Shown: positions 12,450 to 24,924, counted from the stretch's first letter. The stretch is 64,000 bases of DNA from Chlorokybus atmophyticus (GCA_009103225.1 RHPI01002402.1:310001-374000), one strand, 5' to 3'. Notes: generated by a model from the letters alone, not told the origin. Numbers and translations: made by a program.

Positions 12450-12490
12450 GCCGATATCGACTCCTTATGAGACTCGAGTTTGATATCGGC
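12450..12490. repeat. GATATC-armed palindrome related to the central palindrome of the hairpin cassette, in opposite orientation
   Basis: GCCGATATC...GATATCGGC perfect 9-bp arms around a central GAGACTC. Confidence 0.75.
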
Positions 12491-12980
12491 TGCACATAAA
12501 CATTTTGGCGGCCTCCCCGCACAATCTGGCGATAACAGGATAGTCGATGTTACCATCGAATTGCCTTCAATGGGATTTATAAAAAGGATTAAAGCACCCT
12601 TACACCACCAATCCACGTAGTGGTAAGCACACGAGGTTACTGTAATTACTATATGATTACTTTGTTGTGTGCTTGGATACAATGCTTTGAGGAGGGCATG
12701 AATTGCCGCCCCTCTGCAAACAATATTAAACTAGACTAGGCCTGGCAAGATAGGCTAGGCTAGGCAAGGCATGGCATGCAGCGTTAGGCAACAGCACAGC
12801 TATACATCTATACAACAACAACCAACAATAACAACCACTACCCACCCTAGCTAGTAGCCGCCGCCGTTGGCATGGTCGCTGTTGCCTACTGCCAATGCCT
12901 CCTGCCGCCTACCCTTCACCGCCGTCGCCGCCTACCCTCTCACAGGACCTTAATCGCCTTGCTCCGATACTAATATTAGG

Positions 12981-13246
12981 AGGGGTGCTACCGCCCCCTC
13001 CAATCCCCTACTCCAACACCGCCACCAGCCATGCCGTCGACACCGTCGCCGCCAGGGGCAACTGCCGGAGCAAAAGATCCTGGCTATGGTGGCCGCTGCG
13101 TTTTAGCAGTGCCGCCATATAGCTGATATCGACACGAGACTCATGTCATGTCGATATCAATATTACAGATAAGTAACACTACATCAAGGCCTTAACATTA
13201 GGTTAACGGTCTTAATATGGCTTGATTGGCTGTATATACCCGTTGG
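12981..13246. repeat. Multi-hairpin cassette, copy B
   Basis: Aligns with 6262-6528 and keeps the same stems with wobble changes. Confidence 0.85.
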
Positions 13247-13249
13247 AAC

Positions 13250-16200
13250 CTTTATTTGATTATAAATAAGGGCGGGGAACCTCTATATACGTAGCACTCT
13301 GTTACACTTAGGCTATACGGCCTTGGTCCCATGCATGTGAGGCAACTTGTCCACGATGGCGGCTGACGAAGCAGATGCTCCGGCGGCAAAGCGATTGAAG
13401 TGGCCATACAGGGGTGAAGAGGGCGCGGTGAGCACCGTTCTCACCAAGGCTAATAATGAAGCGCTGGAGTAATACGAGAGTGGTCCAGCCTCAATCGCTC
13501 AGCCACTTAGCACTGTTCCGCGTTCGCCATGAATTGAAAGTTCTTGGACTTGCCCCTTAAAGTACTGAACTCCGGCTCGTCGTGGTAAGCCCGTGCTACT
13601 GCGCGTGTTCAAGCCGGAGGTCTGAGGTGTCGACCCGAACTATGTTCCCGTGTTTTGCATGGGCAGGGCAGCGCAACGCTGTTTCTCAGCGAAACACACG
13701 GCTTTTTGTAATTGCACGTCATTACATGCTTGTGCATGGTGCTGTCGCTACAGGGATCCCTTGCAGGGTTGGCCTCCCTGCCACAATTGTGGCCACGCAA
13801 GATGCGTACAGAGTTGCCCTGCTTACTTCCATCCAGCTGTGCATTGGCAAATCAACCCGCTCGCAAAGCATAAGAGCGCGGCGGATTGATGTGCATGTAT
13901 GGATTGGAGTGCATCCCCCCGACTATATAGTTGTATACAGCAGGCTATCGTATACAACTATATAGCTGTATAACTCTTGTATGTACATGTGAGGTTTGCA
14001 TGGGCCCCATCTGCCCATGCGAAACTGTGCAATGTGCACGTGTCGACCTTGTGCTCCATGTGTATTAAAGATGTCGATCGCTGTGTGTGGGGCATCTGCT
14101 CATGTCTAGAATGTGAATAATGAATGTTGGCCAGGACATCGAGCTTCCCTACCCCCTCCAATTGCCTCCTTACTCTCCGGAATGGGCCAACTGCATCTGG
14201 CAGGCCTCACACATCCAATCTCTCAAAGGAACTTTGCTCAATGATGGTAACAAACACCATATGTGCCAATCAGCCACAATCTGTCACACAGCAGCATGCT
14301 TCCCTCTCCGTCGGCGCGTGCACAGCCTTCGCAGCAGTGGCTGGCATCGGGGATAGCTGCCTTGGGGTCCACATCCCCATCAATGTTGGGTAGATGACAG
14401 ATGGCACAGATTTTCAGCTGTTCTGTGCAAGTCCTGGCATCGCTGCTCCAAATAGAAGCACGCTGTTGTCGCGAACCTCCTTGACTCTGAGAATCATGTA
14501 GCTGACATTAGTGTTTAGCGTGTCCTTGGTTTGGCGATGACGATAAATCTAATCTCCTGCCTCAGATTTGCATGCGGAGCTTGTGTGTAGACACCGCTGC
14601 GCACTCGCGCGTAGCGTTGAGTGTCTCTGTGCTGTACAATGATCTGATTGTCCATTGCAATTGGCATGACGCATTGAAACAGCGCTACCCTAGCAGTAAG
14701 CTCTTTGACAAGAATCTGTTCATCTTGTAGATCTACAACTGCATCTGCTGGCTTTCTGATAGCAACCGGCAGTTGTGGGTGGCAACTGTACAGCAAAAAT
14801 AAGACTATATGCATCTAAGAAAGCTTGTCGGCTGAACGTGTAGCCCACCATAATGCATAGCATCTGAAAATCCATGTTGCTCTTGTTATGACTGCAACGC
14901 AACTTGCGCAGTCCTCCCTTTGCAGTTTGTACCATCCTTTCAATGAGCCCATTAACTTATGGATGGTTGCATTGCATGTGGCGGTGATCAATAAAAACAT
15001 TCATGCAGCAAATCATTAAACCTGCCACGAATGTGTGCCTTGATCTGTCAGCACCTCCGCACACCCACCAAACGTGCTGAACACCAGGTTGAGGAACGCC
15101 TCCGTGATGGTGTTGCTGTCTTTGTTCACAAGTGGTGTCACCTCCACCCATTTGCCGAAATGTTTGATCATTACTAGGATATAGCGATAACCCCTCTTAC
15201 TGAAAGGTAAACCTCCTGCCAGGTCCAAACTTCAATGATAAAACAACTCTTGAATGGGGAGTGGGTGAAGCTGTGGATGCGCCGTATTGAAGCTTGCCTT
15301 CATCTTGTCACACTCCACACACCGTTGTGCGGCGACCATTGCGGCCACGCCTGCCCACCAGTATGTCGTAATTCTCAGCGCCAGTGTGCGCTTGACCCCG
15401 AAGTGTCCCCGTTGACTGTGCAGCTTGCGCACAATCATCTCCTCTCTCTTGTGCAGTGGTGGCACCACTGCGGTGCCTTCTTTTATTGTCTTGCGAACTT
15501 TGTCTTCCTTCCAGCTGTAGCTTTGCGAGCGACGCCACACTAAGTCCTTAGTCAAAGAACTTGCAGATGGTGTATAAGTTCCTGTCTTTAAGTACATTTG
15601 AGCTCTTTAATCTAAGCCAGATGTCACCTTGATAATATCATCCTCAGCGGTGCGAACCCCCTCAGTCTTGGGTGCACAACATGCTGGCGATTCGCGGTTG
15701 AGAAGGGTGTTAGCGGCTTGTTCATGATTAGTCACTGCACACCCTGCAATGACGAGGAGTGCTGCTACATCCATAGCAACGTGGGTACCTGGCCCATCAT
15801 CGTGCCGTGCCTCACTCCCATTTATGTCTACAACAGGGTTTCTGCTCAGTCCATCGGCTGATGGACTGAGCAAAAATACTCACGTTGGCCAGCCCTGCCT
15901 TGGGTTTTATGACAAAGTCATACTCTTGTAGGATAAAAGCCCAGGGAGCATGATTTCCTGTCAGGTGGTTGTTGGTGAGCAACCACTTCAGCGGCTGGTG
16001 ATTAGTAAAGAGCGTGAAGCGCCGTCCGAAGAGGAAGGGTCTAAATTGAACGATTGCCCACACTGCTGCTAGAAACTCTCCTTCATATGACATGTGATTG
16101 CCCTTAGCTTTGTTGTTGCTTCTGCAAGCATACGCAACAACGTACTTTGCTCCATCTTCATTCTTCTGGCATGACACAGCGCCAATGCCCAACTTGCTCC

Positions 16201-19200
16201 AATCTCTATGAAGGATGAACTCCTTGTTGTAGACATGTCTTCTCAGCACCGGTGCCTCACTGAGCTTCTCCTTGACCAGCTCAAACGCCTGTTGGCAATC
16301 TTTGCTCAATTGCCAACGATTCTCCTTCTTTAGCGTTTCATTTTTTGATCTGATCAACTTGCTAACTTTACCTATTAATTGGAAAGTTTTTCACGGATCG
16401 TTGGTAGTAATTTGCCAGCCTTATGAATGCCTTGAGCCTGCTGATGTCGGTGGGTGTTGGTACTTGGCCAATGGCGTCCACTGGTTTTTTCCACCTGCAC
16501 TCCTCCATGCACAATCTCGTGTCCCTAAGTATTGCACTGTGTCGGCTGCAAATCTGCACTTTTCAGAGTGGCAAATCATTTCTGCAGCCTTGATCCTTTT
16601 AAAAACAGCGTCAAGATGTTTCACGTGGTCTTCCACATTGTCGCTCAAGATCAGCACATCATTAATGTAACATTGCGTTAAGGAGAGTCCCCTAGGTATC
16701 GGATCCATCACTCTCTGGAAAACTGTTTGTGCGTTCTTCATGCCGAATGGCATCGCCTTCCACCAATATAATGTGCGGTAACCCTAGAAGGCAGTCTTGT
16801 GCATGTTCTGTTCCTTGATGTAAAATTTGTGAAAGTCGGCACGCAGGTCGAATGTGTTGAAGATCTTTGCGTCGGCGACGTCACCGAATGTGTCTTCTGC
16901 AGCAAGCGTTGTGCACCTATCTGTCTCTGTGGCTGCGTTTGCAGGTTTGAAGTTCACACACATGCGCATCTATGTCCAGTTACCCTCCAAGTCTTTCTTT
17001 CTGTGCATGCCTACAGCGGACGCATAGCTAGGGATTGACTCTCCATTAATTCTAGCTTGCAAAAGCTCATCACACACTTCTGCTTCCCTCCTGTCACGCC
17101 TACAAGGCTGGCGAAAGTCACTCTCTGTTACTTACTTTAATGGTAAAAATGTGGAAATGTGCTACTCATGCGGACTATGTGGCTTATGTGGACCTACCGT
17201 CTATTAAGCTATGTGGTGCTTGGTATATGAATCACATGGACTCGTCCTGATCTCCTTGGGACTCTAGGACATTGTATTACACAAGGCATTGATATTCGCT
17301 AGCACAGAGCTGATCAGTGTCTACCTTGGCCATATGAGCCTGACGTCACAGTGTTGTGATGATGGTTGCCATGCATAATGACCGTGGTGCAGCTGTAAGC
17401 TGCTACAGGCAATTAACGTCAATTTGATAATGTCTGCCATTGTGTGTCTGCTACAGGCAGCAGTAAGCTGCTAATGGCATAATATGTTGTGCTGTGATGG
17501 GAAGTCTTGTGTTGGACGTTAGCCTTGGAAATGCATCTTGAGACTATGTTGATGTTTCCGAGGTAAACTACGAGAGTCCTTATGCATGGCACATGTGACA
17601 GGTCAGCACACAGTGACAAGGCCTTATTGGTCTTGGACACTTACAGGTGGTTTGCTGTAGACGCGGGTGCACAAGCCCACATCTTGAGTCCAAAAAGTGT
17701 CATGTCCAAAAACGGCGCTAATGTATCAGCAACAGACTTTGCCAGTATTAGTATATGTTGTGGATATACACCTCCACCCAATGCATGTGGTGATATATGA
17801 AAGACTAAAAGTAGGGCACCCCAACCACGAGCAAATCAACCACATAAGTAAAAACACGCGTGGCCATCAGCTTCCGCAAAGCCCCTTGGTCAGCTGTACA
17901 TAACCTGCGCACAAACTTCAACTCAAAGTAACCTGAATGGTAGTTAACGAGATACACCCTCGCCTTGTTTCCCATAGGTATCTCCATGGTTTGACGGTGT
18001 AGCCCATCCGCTGCTATGCACATAGAGATTAGCCACCAAGTATGACAATAAATCATCCAAGGTGTTGTTTGTAAACCACTTGGTCTGGCCCTCTCACAAA
18101 GGCACCCTGTTCTTTCCACATTTCCAAGCATGAGTTGTCACCGTTATGCACGACGGTTACACAACATTGTATGTCACATTTCATATAAAATGTGACATAC
18201 AATGTGCACGGTGGTGTTGTCGCTTAGCACACTCAAACAACTCATCAACCACTTTACATGCCCATGCCCATCTCTGCATGCTTAATGTTTGTGTACAAAT
18301 TGGCAAATTAAAAAATGCAGAGCATTATTGTTGCTTACCTGCGGGACCTCGTTGTGTTTGTGCACAGCTAGGATAGAACGGCAACCACAACCACAACCAT
18401 AATAATTACCCTGCCCCCACCCACTCCACCCATATAATTATGGTATATATATAACACAACATGCATTATACATATTGCGCTGCACAGCATACTACTACTT
18501 GCTACCTGGCCCCTCACGGCTTCGAATTTTTGCATATTATGTATATTGATGTGTTGTTGTGCATGTATCTGCTGCTGCTGTATGGGCTGCATGTGTGAGT
18601 GATGTGTGTGTAGCATTTGCATATGGGACCTTGGAATGCCTATATGCAAACAAGAATAGTCATATTAAAATTATACATTATCCGATTTACTTTTATGTTT
18701 TGTTTTATGGTTGGAGTCGTTGAGTCGGTGTTTCTATGTGCTGTGTTTATTAAATCTTTTGCCCCTCCATTCTATCGGATACATAATACCCTGTTTTGTG
18801 TATATGCATCCAAAAACATATGCAATATAAACGCCTATGAACGTGCAAGATACTTGTTGGTAAGAAACGTACCGTGTTACATCGAAAATTCAACGCGTAA
18901 AGATTCACGACCGCTCGACTCCAAGTTGAAACTGTGTCCGTATGTCATCTCCAATATACGTCATTAACCATCTCAATACGGCAATCATATACATCGCTTT
19001 TATGCTGACATGAAGTGTTGATTTAACGGTATAGCTTGAGGTTATCTTTCAAGCGCTTGTCGTAAAATATCATTTCCTATGCCATATACGACATAATTTG
19101 AATCCATTATGTGAAGTTGCGTGCTAAGGACGTTGCATAAAAGAATTTGTATCAAACAATCTAAGGTATGAGTCATATTCCATAAGGCATAAAAGCGCAA

Positions 19201-19250
19201 CATGTATACTCTTGTAGCTGCCTACCCAGTATACAGTAATAAAATGGTAT
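13250..19250 (-). mobile_element. Decayed Ty3/Gypsy LTR retrotransposon (element 2), a different family from element 1, carrying a PHD finger; upstream boundary uncertain
   Basis: RT: CVNFKPANA, FDLRADF, MPFGMKNAQTVFQRVMD, YINDVLI. RNase H: LHRDWSKLGIGAV, YEGEFLAAVWAI, TNHQPLKWL, ADGLSR. Integrase HHCC (HSQRGHFG..YWWAG..CVEC) and core (DLAG..YILVMI..FGKWVE..DQG). Protease and gag-like remnants near 17.8-19.2 kb are weak. Confidence 0.88.
14200..14333 (-). pseudogene. PHD finger downstream of the integrase in element 2 (one frameshift)
   Basis: CEGCARADGEGSMLLCD, then after a frameshift, DWHIWCLLPSLSKVPLRDWMCEAC. This is the C4-H-C3 pattern with the conserved W. Confidence 0.8.
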
Positions 19251-19357
19251 TTACTTGATTGCTTGATCAGCCATGCGAGTGGCATGATTGATACATTCTG
19301 TACGTGCACCATCATGGTCCATCCGTGGCAGGGGCACCATGGTTGCGGCGAGCGCGA

Positions 19358-19368
<11 letters not shown>

Positions 19369-19400
<32 letters not shown>

Positions 19401-19401
19401 N
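19369..19401 (+). repeat. (GA)n microsatellite ending at an N
   Basis: Direct observation. Confidence 0.95.
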
Positions 19402-19779
19402 ACCCTCAACATCAGGCAGCACATTCACACTCTCCAGGTGAGCTGCAATGTTTTTACGCCCAACAAGGATGCGCCGGCCCCAGGCATGGGGGGGGGGGGC
19501 TGCCGCTGTGCCAGAACGCTGAGCCAGCGCTGTCGCGCAGGCAATGATACTACCTCTTGCATGGCTAGCGGGGTGCCAGCAGCAGTGTGGGTAGTTACTG
19601 GTGGCCTACAACGCTAGCATGTAGCCCGGTGGTGAATGACTGTGCGTGCATGTGATGATGAGATTGTTGCATGTATGACGCACGAGCACTCCTATTCCTC
19701 AATGACTGTACAAATGTGAACCGCGCATATGTGTTATGATATAACTACACCTTACAAAACAGCAAAAGTCGCTACCCTA

Positions 19780-21102
19780 CTGATTTTTGAATGATCTTTG
19801 ATCAACAAGAAATCGGTGTGCGTGTGTGTGACAATGGGATGCAGTTGACATGCAAACCAACACCGCATGACATCACGGTGCCTTACCAACACAAGCAAGT
19901 ATTGGGAAATCCATTGCGACTTCATCTTCTTCCACCCAATGGTGAAAGTGGAGTGCAGTACTGCACTCAACGCTCGTCAAGCCCGCTTTGGCGTAAAACT
20001 CTTGAAATTCTTCACATGAAAACCCCTCTGGGCCAGACAGGTAAGTACAAGTCATATGACACCTTCATAATGCAAGGGCTTGATATGCAACACTTACCGT
20101 GATGGTATACACCGGCCGTTTCATGCTGCTGTTTTGTGTGCATCTTGATGCTAATGTCAGTCTTTTGCAGGTCAAATGTAACAAGCGTGCCCCCAGGCTT
20201 CAAGAACTGTGCCAGCAACGTGATGAATGCTTGAACATCTGCAATTCAGCAAGGTCCATCATGAGACAGTGCAGTACAGATCAACCTCAAGGCTTCAACT
20301 TGTATGCTGACTCAGCATTGCTGAGGAGGAGAAAGTGCAAAGCCTTGCCTGGCATGCTGTTTGCTATTACCATCAATATGGTGCGTGGCCATGCTAGAGA
20401 ATGCGAGGTCGAAGCGCTGCGAGCTCAAGTCAGAAGGGGACTCGAGCTGCATGCACACCGGGTGGACATTTGGTGTGCCAGCCTTCTGCACCTTGTGCTC
20501 CAACATCTGCATGCATGTGAAAAGACTGACTCACTGTCTGTGACACGTTGTCACCTAACAGTACTCAATCAACAGGAAGTGTGCTTAGACGCATTGTATG
20601 CGTCAGTGACACAACCACATGCATGCACCTTAGTGACAATATGGCCTTGATTGCTGACCAAAGCACTTGCGACCAGGCGAAACTGTACTAGCGCTGTTTG
20701 TTTTTCAAAGCGACTGACTTTGACACTTACGCCTATCATGCCCTTGGAAGAGTCGACAGCAGTGACGCTCCTAGCTTTCTCGGCCAGGTGCATGGCCAGC
20801 ACTCCCGTGCCGCACCCCACTTCCAGCACGTCCGCTTCGCCCCACCTGACAACAGCTGAGTCTCTGCTGTGTTCACATATTGGTTTACCTTCAACCAACG
20901 CTGCTGCTCATGCATGGTCAAAAGCATGCCTGAAGCCTTGCAGTTGCCTGTCCAGGGCGTCCAGCGCGCTGGCCGACAGGGCCCTGACCTCCGGCCAGGC
21001 GTCCCACTTGAGGGCCATCTCGTCGAAGTAGGCCGTGCCATCTGAGGCGGGGACATCAGCAGCGACGACCCCGCCTCCGCCGCCGCCCTCCACTGCCGCC
21101 AT
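19780..21102 (-). CDS. Class I SAM-dependent methyltransferase, multi-exon; 3' end approximate
   Basis: YFDEMALKWD, motif I DVLEVGCGTG, VTAVDSSKGMI, FDLAFSSMATHHI and LKPGGTLVTFDL, all in GT-AG separated exons. Confidence 0.85.
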
Positions 21103-21473
21103 AATGCCTGACGACAAGCAGCGTACAACGACAGCGCCAAGCTGCTGCTGTGCACCAAGTCCCTCACTCACATTATCTGTCGCTGTGGCCTTGCGCTTGT
21201 GTTGTGTACACAGCATCAGGCGCTTCAAGACAAGTTGTTGCAATGGCCTTATGCAGGCAGGCGCAACAACCGAGTGAAGTGGTTGACACGCGCCAGCATC
21301 GTCGTCGTAATATTGCTGCCTCCACGTGCTAACTGCATTGCCGCTGCTGTGCGGGTGGTGAACTCCTGCCTGCCTGCCTTGCCTGCCTGCCTGCCCTGCT
21401 GCTGCAAGACCCCTGCTAGTGTCTAGGAGTCTAGCGGTCTAGGTGTGGTAATGCGCTGCCCCCCCCTCCTCCC

Positions 21474-21581
21474 NNNNNNNNNNNNNNNNNNNNNNNNNNN
21501 NNNNNNNNNNNNNNNNNNNNNNNNNNNNNNNNNNNNNNNNNNNNNNNNNNNNNNNNNNNNNNNNNNNNNNNNNNNNNNNNN
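21474..21581. other. Assembly gap next to a C-run
   Basis: N run. Confidence 0.95.
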
Positions 21582-21961
21582 TCCCAACACACACAACAAC
21601 ACTCTATCCAAGTTCCCAGTGTATGTATGCGCGTGTGGTACCTTGTATCTTGCTTTCTTCAGCTATATGTAAGACAAGCCAGCGTGCACAAGCGAGTGAG
21701 TAGAATAAACACGCATGCGGACAAGTGCGCGAACATGTGTATGCAGCTGTCTCTCTTTGCTCGCGCATGTACAGGGAATAGAGGGATGTACACGCGAATA
21801 AACATGCCCACACGCACACACTCACTCAGCACCCCATCCGCGTGTGCATGCACACACACATACACTGAAAGCCTATCAATTGCTTTGACTGTGGCAGATT
21901 TGAACCAACCAAGTTCCAACTTCAATTCAACAACACCACTTGCCACCACCAACACCACCAC

Positions 21962-23679
21962 CTAGTGTTCGTCTTCGAGCACCCCCGGACACGACGCGAG
22001 CATGTCCTCTCGGTCGCTGTACTGCGTCCCGCAGTAGAAGCAGTACGCGTGGGCGTCGCGCAGCGCCTGTAGCACGGCCAGGAGCTCCTGCTCCACCGCG
22101 TGGGGGGACGGCGGCGGAGGGGGCTTGTCTGCGGTGGCGGCATCGCTGCTGTCGTCCTCGGCGGGGTCGTCTGGCTGGGGGTGTTGGTGAGCGTGCGCAG
22201 TGAGTTGATGGTGTTGGTCAGTGACAAGAGAGTAGTGCACTGAGTCATGTGTAGCAGAATGGAACACATGTGCACGCATGTACACGCACACATTTGCACG
22301 TGTGCGCGTGCGCGCACACGTGCGTATACATGTGTAAATGCATGCACCCACTCACACAAGGAGATCGCAGGCAGGAAAAAGTTACATGAACGTGTGCAGG
22401 CGCACTCGAGCTCTTGCAGCTACACGCATTAACAAACCTTTACTCTGTACCTGTGTCCACAGAGGGTTATCATTGACCCCTTTCCTTCGATCCAGCTCCT
22501 CCAACACCCCCCTCGCACTCTTCAACTGCCCCGCAGTCTTCCTCCTGTTAAACCTCCCGCTCTGCGCTCGCGTATACTCCGCCCTCATCGCCCTCTCCGC
22601 CTCCTCCCTCCTCCTCAACTCCCTCTCGATGTCCGCCCAACTCCGGCCCTCCCACCACTCTTTCTTCTTCTTCGCGTAGGGTTGTTTTTGTGAGTGTTTT
22701 GGTGGGTGTCGCTTGCGTTGGGATTTGGAGTGGGATGAGTGGGAGTTGGAAGCGAGGGCGACGGGTAAGTAAGCCAGCTGCTGGTTCTCGTCGTAGAGAC
22801 AGTCGAAGGCTTCGGAAAGGAGCTTGAAGGCCTCCGTGGCGCGAGGGTCGCTGCACTTGTCTGCGCACGAGATGAACGTTGCCTTGTGTTGGTGGTGTTG
22901 GTGGTTGGGCAGTGACACCGAGGAATTTACAACATGTTGTTCCCAATCGACGGCAGTGCTGAACAACTAGACACCGACACGTCAGACGAACTGAACATGA
23001 ACTCACAAGAACGCATGTTTCCATCATGTAACACTTCTTGCTTATCGGTTTGAGAACTCTCGCATGAGAGCTATTCTGTGGAACGTTTTGAGACGAAGGC
23101 TATCATCGCAAAAACAGCAGCTAGCTGGGCACGCAAACATCTCAAGCTAGTAGAGTTTTGAGACGGAACATTTGGCATTTCTACTTGAATGCAGCGCAAT
23201 TCAGCAATGCGCAGAACAAGATGCGAAACACACATTCTCCTGTAACAACACCTTACACATGTCACAGAGTGACTCAACACGGATATCTGTCCCACTCTAA
23301 TCCCAGCATCTCCCAAAAGCAAACAGGTTTTAGTGCTGGAGACTGTCTGTTCCATCCGCCCAGCCAATGCTCTGTTTGTAAGACTTTGATGCATGCATGT
23401 GTGTGCGCACATGAGCATGCCAATGGAAACGCGCACGCACACACGCATGCGCACGCACACGCATGCGCGAGCGCATGCGTGCGTGCGTGCGTACGTACGT
23501 GTCTGTAACTCTCCATGCTACTGACCTGGATGTATTTGCAGCGCGAACGTCCTGTACGCCTTCCGGACGGTGTGCGGCTCGGCGTGTTCGAGGGGCAGCG
23601 CCATCCGGGCGAAGAAGTTGCCGGCCCGCAGCACAGCCGACACCGCCTCACTGCCCGGCCCAGCTGCCGCCGCTGCCAT
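21962..23679 (-). CDS. J-domain (DnaJ) protein with GPATCH11-like helical region and C-terminal DUF4187; exons 23679-23526, 22860-22451, 22174-21962 (258 aa)
   Basis: The HPD motif forms across intron 1 (VRKAYRTFALQIHP|DKCSDPRATEAFKLLSEAF). The exons join in frame. The C-terminus LQALRDAHAYCFYCGTQYSDREDMLASCPGVLEDEH matches the DUF4187 pattern. Confidence 0.8.
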
Positions 23680-24089
23680 CGCTTAACAAGAGAATAGGGA
23701 GAGAGTGTTTACAGAGGACTCTTAGTGTGGGCTATGGTCTATGCATCCACACCACACGGAGCATTGACTGAGCTCATTTCCTAACATAGTGATGCAAGCA
23801 TATGTGTCTGCATCATCGGCAGATTGACGACAAGCTGTCTTGCTTCTTCTTTGCTGGCATGCAGAAGACGAGATCTACTGAGGTGGTTTGCTGACAAGTG
23901 GGGAAGTCCTTGAAAGGCGAGGACTAATGGATTGGTGGGGGTAGGGCATGTCCCTCATGCATCGCTCACAGCAGGCGCAACACCAGACACGCTAATGATA
24001 GTTCTGGTTGTGAAGCTGGGCACTGCGGTTGGAGTAACGAGCGAGGGAGAGATGGCTGCAAGCTAGTAATAGATTAAGGGAGCGCCAAT

Positions 24090-24120
<31 letters not shown>

Positions 24121-24196
24121 TTCAGGTGCGTGCGAAGCGAAAAAATCGCCCAATATGCAAAAAGCGGTAATGGGGCAAAAGAGACCAGTGCTTGCA

Positions 24197-24268
24197 CGCA
24201 CCTGCCGGGAATTGAACCCGGGTCTTCCGCGTGACAGGCGGAGATACTTACCACTATACTACAGGTAC
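24197..24268 (-). tRNA. tRNA-Asp(GUC), copy 1
   Basis: GTACCTG/CAGGTGC acceptor stem, A-box TAGTATAGTGG, anticodon loop CTGTCAC, B-box GTTCAATTC, and a TTTT terminator at 24177-24180. Confidence 0.95.
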
Positions 24269-24924
24269 AAGTGTTGTCACAAGGTATTACAATAAGCACT
24301 ATATATATGTATTTACAGAAAAGTTGGTTCGGAGGTCGGGCAAGCATTGGAGTGTTGAGGCGCAGTCTAGGGTAAAGGTGCCTCATTTGGCCACTCGCCC
24401 TTAATTGGCCAAGAACGGTTTCATGAAGGTTACATGCAGGTGCAAGCACTTGGGGCGGTGCTTTTTGGTGGTAATCTTCTACTCATTGAGACCTACCTAT
24501 CGCAAAAACAACAATCAACAATGAGAAACTATGGCAGCCGGGATTATTTTTATATATATAATTAAAAAAAAAGCGTTTAGAAGAAAAGCACAGGTTGGGG
24601 TTTCGCAGCTACCCAACATTTATGACACACCCGTGATTTAAATGACCATAACTTCCGCAATACTTACTCACATTGCTTGATAATTTAATCAATGGGAAGG
24701 TCACGACAAGACCTAGCTACTACCAAAGTTCGGGCTCTATGGCGCGGCCAATTGAAAATTGTAGGTTCATAAAGTCAAAAGTGGCCAAGTTAGGGTAAAC
24801 GCTTGGGCGGCCTGACCCCTATATCATCCCCGCTTGACACACTGTACCTTTGTTGATACTAACCCTTTGGTAAAACCAAAATTTCTGCCGCGTAGCTCAA
24901 CTTCAGGGCTACCAGAAACATATA

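Noticed and set aside
22975-23030. Possible box C/D snoRNA in the J-domain gene intron (ATGATGG...CTGA)
   Set aside because: The C box is imperfect, the span is short and there is no clear terminal stem.
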